Positions 24,001 through 38,000 of a DNA stretch of 64,000 nucleotides are shown in pieces. Every line of letters starts with the position of its first letter. The stretch's first letter is position 1. Both the position numbers and the translations under genes were made by a program. Below the pieces are notes generated by a model that searched no databases, was not told the origin of the DNA, and saw only the letters and a program-made list of their open reading frames with translations. Source of the stretch: the human T2T-CHM13v2.0 reference genome, Homo sapiens; the NCBI RefSeq assembly GCF_009914755.1, contig NC_060933.1. The stretch is one strand, 5' to 3'.

Positions 24001-27000
24001 ATGTTGAAAAAGGAAATATCTTCCCATAAAAACTAGACCGAAGCATTCTCAGAAACTTGTTTGTGATGTGTGTATTCAACTAACAGAGATGAACCTTTCT
24101 TTTTACAGAGCAGTTTTGAAACACTCTTTTTGTGGAATCTGAAAGTGGATATTTGGATAGATTTGAGGATTTCGTTTTAAACGGGATTACATATAAAATC
24201 TAGGGAGAAGCATTCTCAGGAACTTCTTTGTGATGTTTGCATTCAACTCACAGAACTGAACATTCCCTTTCATAGAGCAGGTTTGAAACACTCTTTCTGT
24301 AGTATCTGCAAGCGGACGTTTCAAGCGCTTTCAGGCCTGTGGTGAAAAAGGAAATATCTTCAAATAAAAACTAGACAGAAGCATTCTCAGAAACTTATTT
24401 GCGATGTGTGTTCTCAGCTAACAGAGTTGAACTTTGTTTTGATACAGCATTTTGGAAACACTCTTTTTGTAGGATCTGCAGGTGGATATTTGGATAGCTT
24501 TGAAGGTTTCTTTGGAAACGGGAATATCTTCATATAAAATCAACACAGAAGCATTCTCAGAAACTTCTCTGTGATGTTTGCATTCAACTCATAGAGTTGA
24601 ACACTTCCTTTCATAGAGCTGGTTTGAAATATTCTTTTTGTAATATTTGGAATGGACATTGGCAGCGCTTTGAAGCTTATGGTGAAAAAGGAGATATCTT
24701 CTCCTAAAAACCAGACAGAAGCATTCTCAGAATCTTTCTTGTGATGTGTGTACTCAAGTAACAGAGTTGAACCTTCATTTTGAGAGAGCAGTTTTGAAGC
24801 ACTCTTTTTGTAGAATCTACAAGTGGATATTTTGATACCTTTGAGGATTTCGTTGGACACGGGATATCTTCATATAAAATCTAGACAGAAGCATTCTCAG
24901 AAACTTCTCTGTGATGTTTGCATTCAACTCATAGAGTTGAACCCTTCCCTTCATACAGCAGGTTTGAAACACTCTTTTTCTAATATTTGGAAGTGGACAT
25001 TTGCAGCGCTTTGGGGCCTATGTTGAAAAAGGAAATATCTTCTCCTAAAAACCAGACAGAAGCATTGTCAGAAACTTCCTTGTGATGTGTGTACTCAAGT
25101 TACAGAGTTGAACCTTCCTTTTGACAGAGCAGTTTTGAAGCACTCTTTTTGTAGAATCTGCAAGTGGATATTTTGATACCTTTGAGGATTTCGTTGGACA
25201 CGGGATATCTTCATATAAAATCTAGACAGAAGGATTCTCAGAAACTTCTTTGTGCTGTATGTCCTCAATTAACAGAGTTGAACCTTTGTGTGGATACAGC
25301 ATTTTGGAAACATTCCTTTAGTAGAATCTGCAAGTTGATATTTAGATAGCTAGGAAGATTTCCTTGGAAACGGGAATATCTTCATATAAAATCTAGACGG
25401 AAGCATTCTCAGAAAGTGCTTTGTGATGTTTGCATTCAAGTCACAGAGTTGAATATTCCCTTTTATAGAGCAGGTTTGAAACACTCTTTCTGCACTACCT
25501 GGAAGTGGACATTTGGAGCGCTTTGAGGCCTATGTTGAAAACGGAAATATCTTCCCATAAAAACTAGACAGAAGCATTCTCAGAAACTTATTTGCGATGT
25601 GTGTCCTCAACTAACAGAGTTGAACCTTTCTTTTGATACAACATTTTGGAAACACTCTTTTTGTAGAATCTGCAAGTGGATATTTGGATAGCTTTGAAGG
25701 TTTCGTTGGAAACGGGAATATCTTCATATAAAATCAAGACAGAAGCATTCTCAGAAACTTCTCTGTGATGTTTGCATTCAACTCATAGAGTTGAACACTT
25801 CCTTTCATAGAGCTGGTTTGAAATACTCTTTTTGTAATATTTGGAAGTGGACATTGGCAGCGCTTTGAAGCCTGTGGTGAAAAAGGAGATATCTTCTCCT
25901 AAAAACCAGACAGAAGCATTCTCAGAATCTTTCTTGTGATGTGTGTACTCAAGTAACAGAGTTGAACCTTCATTTTGACAGAGCAGTTTTGAAGCACTCT
26001 TTTTGTAGAATCTGCAAGTGGATATTTTGATACCTTTGAGGATTTCGTTGGACACGGGATATCTTCATATAAAATCTAGACAGAAGCATTCTCAGAAACT
26101 TCTTTGTGCTGTATGTCCTCAATTAACAGAGTTGAACCTTTATGTGGTTACAGCATTTTGGAAACATTCCTTTAGTAGAATCTGCAAGTAGATATTTAGA
26201 TAGCTAGGAAGATTTCCTTGGAAACGGGAATATCTTCATATAAAATCTAGACGGAAGCATTCTCAGAAAGTGCTTTGTGATGTTTGCATTCAAGTCACAG
26301 AGTTGAATATTCCCTTTTATAGAGCAGGTTTGAAACACTCTTTCTGCACTACCTGGAAGTGGACATTTGGAGCGCATTGACGTCTATGTTGAAAAAGGAA
26401 ATATCTTCCCATAAAAACTAGACAGAAGCATTCTCAGAAACTTGTTTGTGATGTGTGTATTCAACTAACAGAGATGAACCTTTCTTTTTACAGAGCAGTT
26501 TTGAAACACTCTTTTTGTGGAATCTGAAAGTGGATATTTGGATAGCTTTGAGGATTTCGTTGGAAACGGGATTACATATAAAACCTAGAGAGAAGCATTC
26601 TCAGGAACTTCTTTGTGATGTTTGCATTCAAGTCACAGAACTGAACATTCCCTTTCATAGAGCAGGTTTGAAACACTCTTTCTGTAGTATCTGCAAGCTG
26701 ACGTTTCAAGCGCTTTCAGGCCTATGGTGAGAAAGGAAATATCTTCAACTAAAAACTAGACAGAAGCATTCTCAGAAACTTATTTGCCATGTGTGTTCTC
26801 AACTAACAGAGTTGAACCTTTGTTTTGATACGGCATTTTGGAAACACTCTTTTTGTAGAATCTGCAGGTGGATATTCGGATAGCTTTGAAGGTTTCGTTG
26901 GAAACGGGAATATCTTCATATAAAATCTAGACGGAAGCATTCTCAGAAACTGCTTTGTGATGTTTTCATTCAACTCACAGAGTAGAATGTTCCCTGTTAT

Positions 27001-27958
27001 ATACCAGGTTTGAGACACTCTTTCTGCACTACCTGGAAGTGGACATTTGGAGCGCTTTGAGGCCTATGATGAAAAAGGAAATATCTTCCCATAAAAACAA
27101 GACAGAAGCATTCTCAGAAACTTGTTTGTGATGTGTGTATTCAACTAACAGAGATGAACCTTTCTTTTTACAGAGCAGTTTTGAAACACTCTTTTTGTGG
27201 AATCTGAAAGTGGATATTTGGATAGCTTTGAGGATTTCGTTGGAAACGGGATTACATATAAAATCTAGAGAGAAGCATTCTCAGGAACTTCTTTGTGATG
27301 TTTGCATTCACGTCACAGAACTGAACATTGCCTTTCATAGAGCATGTTTGAAACACTCTTTCTGTAGTATCTGCAAACGGACATTTCAAACGCTTTCAGG
27401 CCTATGGTGAGAAAGGAAATATCTTCAAATAAAAACTAGACAGAAGCATTCTCAGAAACTTATTTGTGATGTGTGTCCTCAACTAACAGAGTTGAACCTT
27501 TCTTTTGATACAACATTTTGGAAACACTCTTTTTGTGGAATCTGCAAGTGGATATTTGGATAGCTTTGAAGGTTTCGTTGGAAACGGGAATATCTTCATA
27601 TAAAATCAAGACAGAAACATTCTCAGAAACTTCTCTGTGATGTTTGCATTCAACTCATAGAGTTGAACCCTTCCCTTCATACAGCAGGTTTGAAACACTC
27701 TTTTTGTAATATTTGGAAGTGGACATTTGCAGCGCTTTGAGGCCTATGTTGAAAAAGGAAATATCTTCTCCTAAAAACCAGACAGAAGCATTCTCAGAAA
27801 CTTCCTTGTGATGTGTGTACTCAAGTAACAGAGTTGAACCTTACTTTTGACAGAGCCGTTTTGAAACAGTCTTTTTGTAGAATCTGGAAGTAGATATTTG
27901 GACACCTTTGAGGATTTCTTTGGAAACGGGATATCTTCATATAAAATCTAGACAGAAG

Positions 27959-28300
27959 CATTCTCAGAAACTTCTTTGTGCTGTATGTTCTCAATTAACA
28001 CAGTTGAACCTTTGTGTGGATACAGCATTTTGGAAACACTCCTTTAGTAGAATCTGCAAGTTGATATTTAGATAACTAGGAAGATTTCCTTGGAAACGGG
28101 AATATCTTCACATAAAATCTAGACGGAAGCATTCTCGGAAACTTCTTTGTGCTGTATGTCCTCAATTAACAGAGTTGAACCTTTGTGTGGATACAGCATT
28201 TTGGAAACATTCCTTTAGTAGAATCTGCAAGTTGATATTTAGATAGCTAGGAAGATTTCCTTGGAAACGGGAATATCTTCACATAAAATCTAGACGGAAG
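27959..28300 (+). repeat. Direct duplication of single monomer Q (Q-Q)
   Basis: Two consecutive 'cttctttgtgctgtatg...agYtaggaagatttcc'-type monomers start at 27959 and 28130. Confidence 0.9.
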
Positions 28301-31300
28301 CATTCTCAGAAACTGCTTTGTGATGTCTTCATTGAAGTCACAGAGTAGAATATTCCCTTTTATAGAGCAGGTTTGAAACACTCAGTGCACTACCTGGAAG
28401 TGGACATTTGGAGGGCTTTGACGCCTATGTTGAAAAAGGAAATATCTTCCCATAGAAAGTAGACAGAAGCATTCTCAGAAACTTGTTTGTGATGTGTGTA
28501 TTCAACTAACAGAGATGAACCTTTCTTTTTACAGAGCAGTTTTGAAACACTCTTTTTGTGGAATCTGAAAGTGGATATTTGGATAGCTTTGAGGATTTCG
28601 TTGGAAACGGGATTACATATAAAATCTAGGGAGAAGCATTCTCAGGAACTTCTTTGTGATGTTTGCATTCAAGTCACAGAACTGAACATTCCCTTTCATA
28701 GTGCAGGTTTGAAACACTCTTTCTGTAGTATCTGCAAGCTGACGTTTCAAGCGCTTTCAGGCCTGTGGTGAAAAAGGAAATATCTTCAAATAAAAACTAG
28801 ACAGAAGCATTCTCAGAAACTTTTTTGCGATGTGTGTTTCCAACTAACAGAGTTGAACCTTTGTTTTGATACAGCATTTTGGAAACACTATTTTTGTAGG
28901 ATCTGCAGGTGGATATTTGGATAGCTTTAAAGGTTTCGTTGGAGATGGGAATATCTTCATATAAAATCAAGACAGAAGCATTCTCAGAAACTTCTCTGTG
29001 ATGTTTGCATTCAACTCATAGAGTTGAACACTTCCTTTCATAGAGCTGGTTTGAAATACTCTTTTTGTAATATTTGGAAGCAGACATTTGCAGAGGTTTG
29101 AGACGTATGGTGAAAAAGGAGATATCTTCTCCTAAAAACAAGACAGAAGCATTCTCAGAATCTTCCTTGTGATGTGTGTACTCAAGTAACAGAGTTGAAC
29201 CTTCCTTTTGACAGAGCAGTTTTGAAGCACTCTTTTTGTAGAATCTGCATGTGGATATTTTGATACCTTTGAGGATTTCGTTGGACACGGGATATCTTCA
29301 TATAAAATCTAGACAGAAGCATTCTCAGAAACTGCTTTGAGATGTTTTCATTCATGTCACAGAGGAGAATGTTCCCTTTTATAGAGCAGGTTTGAAACAC
29401 TCTGTGCACTACATGGAAGTGGACATTTGGAGCGCTTTGAGGCCTATGCGGGAAAAGGAAATATCTTCCCATAAAAACTAGACAGAAGCATTCTCAGAAA
29501 CTTGTTTGTGATGTGTGTATTCAACTAACAGAGATGAACCTTTCTTTTTACAGAGCAGTTTTGAAACACTCTTTTTGTGGAATCTGAAATTGGATATTTG
29601 GATAGCTTTGAGGATTTCGTTGGAAACGGGATTACATATAAAACCTAGAGAGAAGCATTCTCAGGAACTTCTTTGTGATGTTTGCATTCAAGTCACAGAA
29701 CTGAACATTCCCTTTCATAGAGCAGGTTTGAAACACTCTTTCTGTAGTATCTGCAAGCTGACGTTTCAAGCGCTTTCAGGCCTATGGTGAGAAAGGAAAT
29801 ATCTTCAAGTAAAAACTAGACAGAAGCATTCTCAGAAAGTTATTTGCCATGTGTGTTCTCAACTAACAGAGTTGAACCTTTGTTTTGATACGGCATTTTG
29901 GAAACACTCTTTTTGTAGAATCTGCAGGTGGATATTCGGATAGTTTTGAAGGTTTCGTTGGAAACGGGAATATCTTCATATTAAATCTAGACGGAAGCAT
30001 TCTCAGAAACTGCTTTGTGATGTTTTCATTCAAGTCACAGAGTAGAATGTTCCCTTTTATAGAGCAGGTTTGAGACACTCTTTCTGCACTACCTGGAAGT
30101 GGACATTTGGAGCGCTTTGAGGCCTATGATGAAAAAGGAAATATCTTCCCATAAAAACTAGACAGAAGCATTCTCAGAAACTTGTTTGTGATGTGTGTAT
30201 TCAACTAACAGAGATGAACCTTTCTTTTTACAGAGCAGTTTTGAAACACTCTTTTTGTGGAATCTGAAAGTGGATATTTGGATAGCTTTGAGGATTTCGT
30301 TGGAAACGGGATTACATATAAAATCTAGAGAGAAGCATTCTCAGGAACTTCTTTGTGATGTTTGCATTCACGTCACAGAACTGAACATTCCCTTTCATAG
30401 AGCATGTTTGAAACACTCTTTCTGTAGTATCTGCAAACGGATATTTCAAGCGCTTTCAGGCCTATGGTGAGAAAGGAAATATCTTCAAATAAAAACTAGA
30501 CAGAAGCATTCTCAGAAACTTATTTGCGATGTGTGTTCTCAACTAACAGAGTTGAACCTTTGTTTTGATACAACATTTTGGAAACACTCTTTTTGTAGAA
30601 TCTGCAAGTGGATATTTGGATAGCTTTGAAGGTTTCGTTGGAAACGGGAATATCTTCATATAAAATCAAGACAGAAGCATTCTCAGAAACTTCTCTGTGA
30701 TGTTTGCATTCAACTCATAGAGTTGAACACTTCCCTTCATAGAGCAGGATTGAAACACTCTTTTTGTAGTATTTGGAAGTGGACATTTGCAGCGCTTTGA
30801 GGCCTATGTTGAAAAAGGAAATATCTTCTCCTAAAAACCAGACAGAAGCATTCTCAGAAACTTCCTTGTGATGTGTGTACTCAAGTAACAGAGTTGAACC
30901 TTACTTTTGACAGAGCCGTTTTGAAACAGTCTTTTTGTAGAATCTGGAAGTAGATATTTGGATACCTTTGAGGATTTCTTTGGAAACGGGATATCTTCAT
31001 ATAAAATCTAGACAGAAGCATTCTCAGAAACTTCTTTGTGCTGTATGTCCTCAATTAACAGAGTTGAACCTTTGTGTGGATACAGCATTTTGGAAACATT
31101 CCTTTAGTAGAATCTGCAAGTTGATATTTAGATAGCTAGGAAGATTTCCTTGGAAACGGGAATATCTTCATATAAAATCTAGACGGAAGCATTCTCACAA
31201 AGTGCTTTGTGATGTTTGCATTCAATTCACAGAGTTGAATATTCCCTTTTATAGAGCAGGTTTGAAACACTCTTTCTGCACTACCTGGAAGTGGACATTT

Positions 31301-34300
31301 GGAGCGCTTTGAGGCCTATGTTGAAAAAGGAAATATCTTCCCATAAAAACTAGACAGAAGCATTCTCAGAAACTTGTTTGTGATGTGTGTATTCAACTAA
31401 CAGAGATGAACCTTTCTTTTTACAGAGCAGTTTTGAAACACTCTTTTTGTGGAATCTGAAAGTGGATATTTGGATAGCTTTGAGGATTTCGTTGGAAACG
31501 GGATTACATATAAAACCTAGAGAGAAGCATTCTCAGGAACTTCTTTGTGATGTTTGCATTCAAGTCACAGAACTGAACATTCCCTTTCATAGAGCATGTT
31601 TGAAACACTCTTTCTGTAGTATCTGCAAGCGGACGTTTCAAGCGCTTTCAGGCCTATGGTGAGAAAGGAAATATCTTCAAGTAAAAACTAGACAGAAGCA
31701 TTCTCAGAAACTTATTTGCCATGTGTGTTCTCAACTAACAGAGTTGAACCTTTGTTTTGATACGGCATTTTGGAAACTCTCTTTTTGTAGAATCTGCAGG
31801 TGGATATTCGGCTACCTTTGAAGGATTCGTTGGAAACGGGAATATCTTCATATAAAATCTAGACGGAAGCATTCTGAGAAACTGCTTTGTGATGTTTTCA
31901 TTCAAGTCACAGAGTAGAATGTTCCCTTTTATATACCAGGTTTGAGACACTCTTTCTGCACTATCTGGAAGTGGACATTTGGAGCGCTTTGAGGCCTATG
32001 ATGAAAAAGGAAATATCTTCCCATAAAAACTAGACAGAAGCATTCTCAGAAACTTGTTTGTGATGTGTGTATTCAACTAACAGAGATGAACCTTTCTTTT
32101 TACAGAGCAGTTTTGAAACACTCTTTTTCTGGAATCTGAAAGTGGATATTTGGATAGCTTTGAGGATTTCGTTGGAAACGGGATTACATATAAAATCCAG
32201 AGAGAAGCATTCTCAGGAACTTCTTTGTGATGTTTGCATTCAAGTCACAGAACTGAACATTCCCTTTCATAGAGCATGTTTGAAACACTCTTTCTGTAGT
32301 ATCTGCAAGCGGACGTTTGAAGCGCTTTCAGGCCTGTGGTGAAAAAGGAAATATCTTCAAATGAAAACTAGACAGAAGCATTCTCAGAAACTTATTTGCG
32401 ATGCGTGTTCTCAAATAAAAGAGTTGAACCTTTGTTTTGATACAACATTTTGGAAACACTCTTTTTGAAGAATCTGCAAGTGGATATTTGGATAGCTTTG
32501 AAGGTTTCGTTGGAAACGGGAATATCTTCATATAAAATCAAGACAGAAGCATTCTCAGAAACTTCTCTGTGATGTTTGCATTCAACTCATAGAGTTGAAC
32601 ACTTCCCTTCATACAGCAGGTTTGAAACACTCTTTTTGTAATATTTGGAAGTGGACATTTGCAGCGCTTTGAGGCCTATGTTGAAAAAGGAAATATCTTC
32701 TCCTAAAAACCAGACAGAAGCATTCTCAGAAACTTCCTTGTGATGTGTGTACTCAAGTAACAGAGTTGAACCTTCCTTTTGACAGAGCAGTTTTGAAGCA
32801 CTCTTTTTGTAGAATCTGCAAGTGGATATTTTGATACCTTTGAGGATTTCGTTGGACACGGGATATCTTCATATAAAATCTAGACAGAAGCATTCTCAGA
32901 AACTTCTTTGTGCTGTATGTCCTCAATTAACAGAGTTGAACCTTTGTGTGGATACAGCATTTTGGAAACATTCCTTTAGTAGAATCTGCAAGTTGATATT
33001 TAGATAGCTAGGAAGATTTCCTTGGAAACGGGAATATCTTCATATAAAATCTAGACGGAAGCATTCTCAGAAAGTGCTTTGTGATGTTTGCATTCAAGTC
33101 ACAGAGTTGAATATTCCCTTTTATAGAGCAGGTTTGAAACACTCTTTCTGCACTACCTGGAAGTGGACATTTGGAGCGCTTTGAGGCCTATGTTGAAAAA
33201 GGAAATATCTTCCCATAAAAACTAGACAGAAGCATTCTCAGAAACTTGTTTGTGATGTGTGTATTCAACTAACAGAAATGAACCTTTCTTTTTACAGAGC
33301 AGTTTTGAAACACTCTTTTTGTGGAATCTGAAAGTGGATATTTGGATAGCTTTGAGGATTTCTTTGGAAACGGGATTATATATAAAACCTAGAGAGAAGC
33401 ATTCTCAGGAACTTCTTTGTGATGTTTGCATTCAAGTCACAGAACTGAACATTCCGTTTCATAGAGCAGGTTTGAAACACTCTTTCTGTAGTATCTGCAA
33501 GCTGACGTTTCAAGCGCTTTCAGGCCTATGGTGAGAAAGGAAATATCTTCAAGTAAAAACTAGACAGAAGAATTCTCAGAAACTTATTTGCCATGTGTGT
33601 TCTCAACTAACAGAGTTGAACCTTTGTTTTGATACGGCATTTTGGAAACACTCTTTTTGTAGAATCTGCAGGTGGATATTCGGATAGCTTTGAAGATTTC
33701 GTTGGAAACGGGAATATCTTCATATAAAACCTAGACGGAAGCATTCTCAGAAACTGCTTTGTGATGTTTTCATTCAAGTCACAGAGTAGAATGTTCCCTT
33801 TTATAGAGCAGGTTTGAGACACTCTTTCTGCACTACCTGGAAGTGGACATTTGGAGCGCTTTGAGGCCTATGATGAAAAAGGAAATATCTTCCCATAAAA
33901 ACTAGACAGATGCATTCTCAGAAACTTGTTTGTGATGTGTGTATTCAACTAACAGAGATGAACCTTTCTTTTTACAGAGCAGTTTTGAAACACTCTTTTT
34001 GTGGAATCTGAAAGTGGATATTTGGATAGCTTTGAGGATTTCGTTGGAAACGGGATTACATATAAAATCTAGAGAGAAGCATTCTCAGGAACTTCTTTGT
34101 GATGTTTGCATTCACGTCACAGAACTGAACATTCCCTTTCATAGAGCATGTTTGAAACACTCTTTCTGTAGTATCTGCAAACGGACATTTCAAGCGCTTT
34201 CAGGCCTATGGTGAGAAAGGAAATATCTTCAAATAAAAACTAGACAGAAGCATTCTCAGAAACTTATTTGCGATGTGTGTCCTCAACTAACAGAGTTGAA

Positions 34301-35003
34301 CCTTTGTTTTGATACAACATTTTGGAAACACTCTTTTTGTAGAATCTGCAAGTGGATATTTGGATATCTTTGAAGGTTTCGTTGGAAACGGGAATATCTT
34401 CATATAAAATCAAGACAGAAGCATTTTCAGAAACTTCTCTGTGATGTTTGCATTCAACTCATGGAGTTGAACACTTCCCTTCATACAGTAGGTTTGAAAC
34501 ACTCTTTTTGTAATATTTGGAAGTGGACATTTGCAGCGCTTTGAGGCCTATGTAGAAAAAGGAAATATCTTCTCCTAAAAACCAGACAGAAGCATTCTCA
34601 GAAACTTCCGTGTGATGTGTGTACTCAAGTAACAGAGTTGAACCTTACTTTTGACAGAGCCGTTTTGAAACAGTGTTTTTGTAGAATCTGGAAGTAGATA
34701 TTTGGATACATTTGAGAATTTCTTTGGAAACGGGATATCTTCATATAAAACCTAGACAGAAGCATTCTCAGAAACTTCTTTGTGCTGTATGTCCTCAATT
34801 AACAGAGTTGAACCTTTGTGTGGATACAGCATTTTGGAAACATTCCTTTAGTAGAATCTGCAAGTTGATATTTAGATAGCTAGGAAGATTTCCTTGGAAA
34901 CGGGAATAACTTCACATAAAATCTAGACGGAAGCATTCTCAGAAACTTCTCTGTGATGCTTGCATTCAACTCATACAGTTGAAGACTTCCTTTCATAGAG
35001 CAG

Positions 35004-38000
35004 GTTTGAAACACTCTGTGCACTACCTGGAAGTGGACATTTGGAGCGCTTTGAGGCCTATGTTGAAAAAGGAAATATCTTCCCATAAAAACTAGACAGA
35101 AACATTCTCAGAAACTTGTTTGTGATGTGTGTATTCAACTAACAGAGATGAACCTTTCTTTTTACAGAGCAGTTTTGAAACACTCTTTTTGTGGAATCTG
35201 AAAGTGGATATTTGGATAGCTTTGAGGATTTCGTTGGAAACGGGATTACTTATAAAATCTAGGGAGAAGCATTCTCAGGAACTTCTTTGTGATGTTTGCA
35301 TTCAAGTCACAGAACTGAACATTCCCTTTCATAGAGCAGGTTTGAAACACTCTTTCTGTAGTATCTACAAGCGGACGTTTCAAGCGCTTTCAGGCCTGTG
35401 GTGAAAAAGGAAATATCTTCAAATAAAAAGTAGACAGAAGCTTTCTCAGAAACTTATTTGCGATGTGTGTTCTCAACTAACAGAGTTGAACCTTTGTTTT
35501 GATACAGCATTTTGGAAACACTCTTTTTGTAGGATCTGCAGGTGGATATTTGGATAGCTTTGAAGGTTTCGTTGGAAACGGGAATATCCTCATATAAAAT
35601 CAAGACAGAAGCATTCTCAGAAAGTTCTCTGTGATGTTTGCATTCAACTCATAGAGTTGAACACTTCCCTTCATACAGCAGGTTTGAAACACTCTTTTTG
35701 TAATATTTGGAAGTGGACATTTGCAGCGCTTTGAGGCCTATGTTGAAAAAGGAAATATCTTCTCCTAAAAACCAGACAGAAGCATTCTCAGAAACTTCCT
35801 TGTGATGTGTGTACTCAAGTAACAGAGTTGAACCTTCCTTTTGACAGAGCAGTTTTGAAGCACTCTTTTTGTAGAATCTGCAAGTGGATATTTTGATACC
35901 TTTGAGGATTTCGTTGGACACGGGATATCTTCATATAAAATCTAGACAGAAGCATTCTCAGAAACTTCTTTGTGCTGTATGTCCTCAATTAACAGAGTTG
36001 AACCTTTGTGTGGATACAGCATTTTGGAAACATTCCTTTAGTAGAATCTGCAAGTTGATATTTAGATAGCTAGGAAGATTTCCTTGGAAACGGGAATATC
36101 TTCATATAAAATCTAGATGGAAGCATTCTCAGAAAGTGCTTTGTGATGTTTGCATTCAAGTCACAGAGTTGAATATTCCCTTTTATAGAGCAGGTTTGAA
36201 ACACTCTTTCTGCACTACCTGGAAGTGGACATTTGGAGCGCTTTGAGGCCTATGTTGAAAAAGGAAATATCTTCTCCTAAAAACCAGACAGAAGCATTCT
36301 CAGAAACTTCCTTGTGATGTGTGTACTCAAGTAACAGAGTTGAACCTTACTTTTGACAGAGCCGTTTAGAAACAGTCTTTTTGTAGAATCTGGAAGTAGA
36401 TATTTGGATAGCTTTGAGGATTTCTTTGGAAACGGGATATCTTCATATAAAATCTAGACAGAAGCATTCTCAGAAACTTCTTTGTGGTGTATGTCCTCAA
36501 TTAACAGAGTTGAACCTTTGTGCGGATACAGCACTTTGGAAACACTCCTTTAGTAGAATCTGCAAGTTGATATTTAGATAGCTAGGAAGATTTCCTTGGA
36601 AACGGGAATATCTTCACATAAAATCTAGACGGAAGCATTCTCAGAAACTTCTCTGTGATGCTTGCATTCAACTCATAGAGTTGAACACTTCCTTTCATAG
36701 AGCTGGTTTGAAATACTCTTTTTGTAATATTTGGAAGTGGACATTGGCAGCGCTTTGAAGCCTAAGTTGAAAAAGGAAATATCTTCTCCTAAAAACCAGA
36801 CAGAAGCATTCTCAGAAACTTCCTTGTGATGTGTGTACTCAAGTAACAGAGTTGAACCTTACTTTTGACAGAGCCGTTTTGAAACAGTCTTTTTGTAGAA
36901 TCTGGAAGTAGATATTTGGATACCTTTGAGGATTTCTTTGGAAACGGGATATCTTCATATAAAATCTAGACAGAAGCATTCTCAGAAACTTCTTTGTGCT
37001 GTATGTCCTCAATTAACAGAGTTGAACCTTTGTGTGGATACAGCATTTTGGAAACACTCCTTTAGTAGAATCTGCAAGTTGATATTTAGATAGCTAGGAA
37101 GATTTCCTTGGAAACGGGAATATCTTCATATAAAATCCAGACGGAAGGATTCTCAGAAACTGCTTTGTGATGTCTTGATTCAAGTCACAGAGTAGAATGT
37201 TCCCTTTTATAGAGCAGGTTTGAAACACTCTGTGCACTACCTGGAAGTGGACATTTGGAGCGCTTTGAGGCCTATGTTGAAAAAGGAAATATCTTCCCAT
37301 AGAAACTAGACAGAAGCATTCTCAGAAACTTGTTTGTGATGTGTGTATTCAACTAACAGAGATGAACCTTTCTTTTTACAGAGTAGTTTTGAAACACTCT
37401 TTTTGTGGAATCTGAAAGTGGATATTTGGATAGCTTTGAGGATTTCGTTGGAAACGGGATTACATATAAAATCTAGGGAGAAGCATTCTCAGGAACTACT
37501 TTGTGATGTTTGCATTCAAGTCACAGAACTGAACATTCCCTTTCATAGAGCAGGTTTGAAACCCTCGTTCTGTGGTATCTGCAAGCGGACGTTTCAAGCG
37601 CTTTCAGGCCTGTGGTGAAAAAGGAAATATCTTCAAATAAAAACTAGACAGAAGAATTCTCAGAAACATATTTGCGATGTATGATCTCAACTAACAGAGT
37701 TGAACCTTTGTTTGGGTACAACATTTTGGAAACACTCTTTTTGTAGAATCTGCAAGTGGATATTTGGATAGCTTTGAAGGTTTCGTTGGAAACGGGAATA
37801 TCTTCATATGAAATCAAGACAGAAGCATTCTCAGAAACTTCTCTGTGATGTTTGCATCAGCTCATAGAGTTGAACCCTTCCCTTCATACAGCAGGTTTGA
37901 AACACTCTTTTTGTAATATTTGGAAGTGGACATTTGCAGCGCTTTGAGGCCTATGTTGAAAAAGGAAATATCTTCTCCTAAAAACCAGACAGAAGCATTC

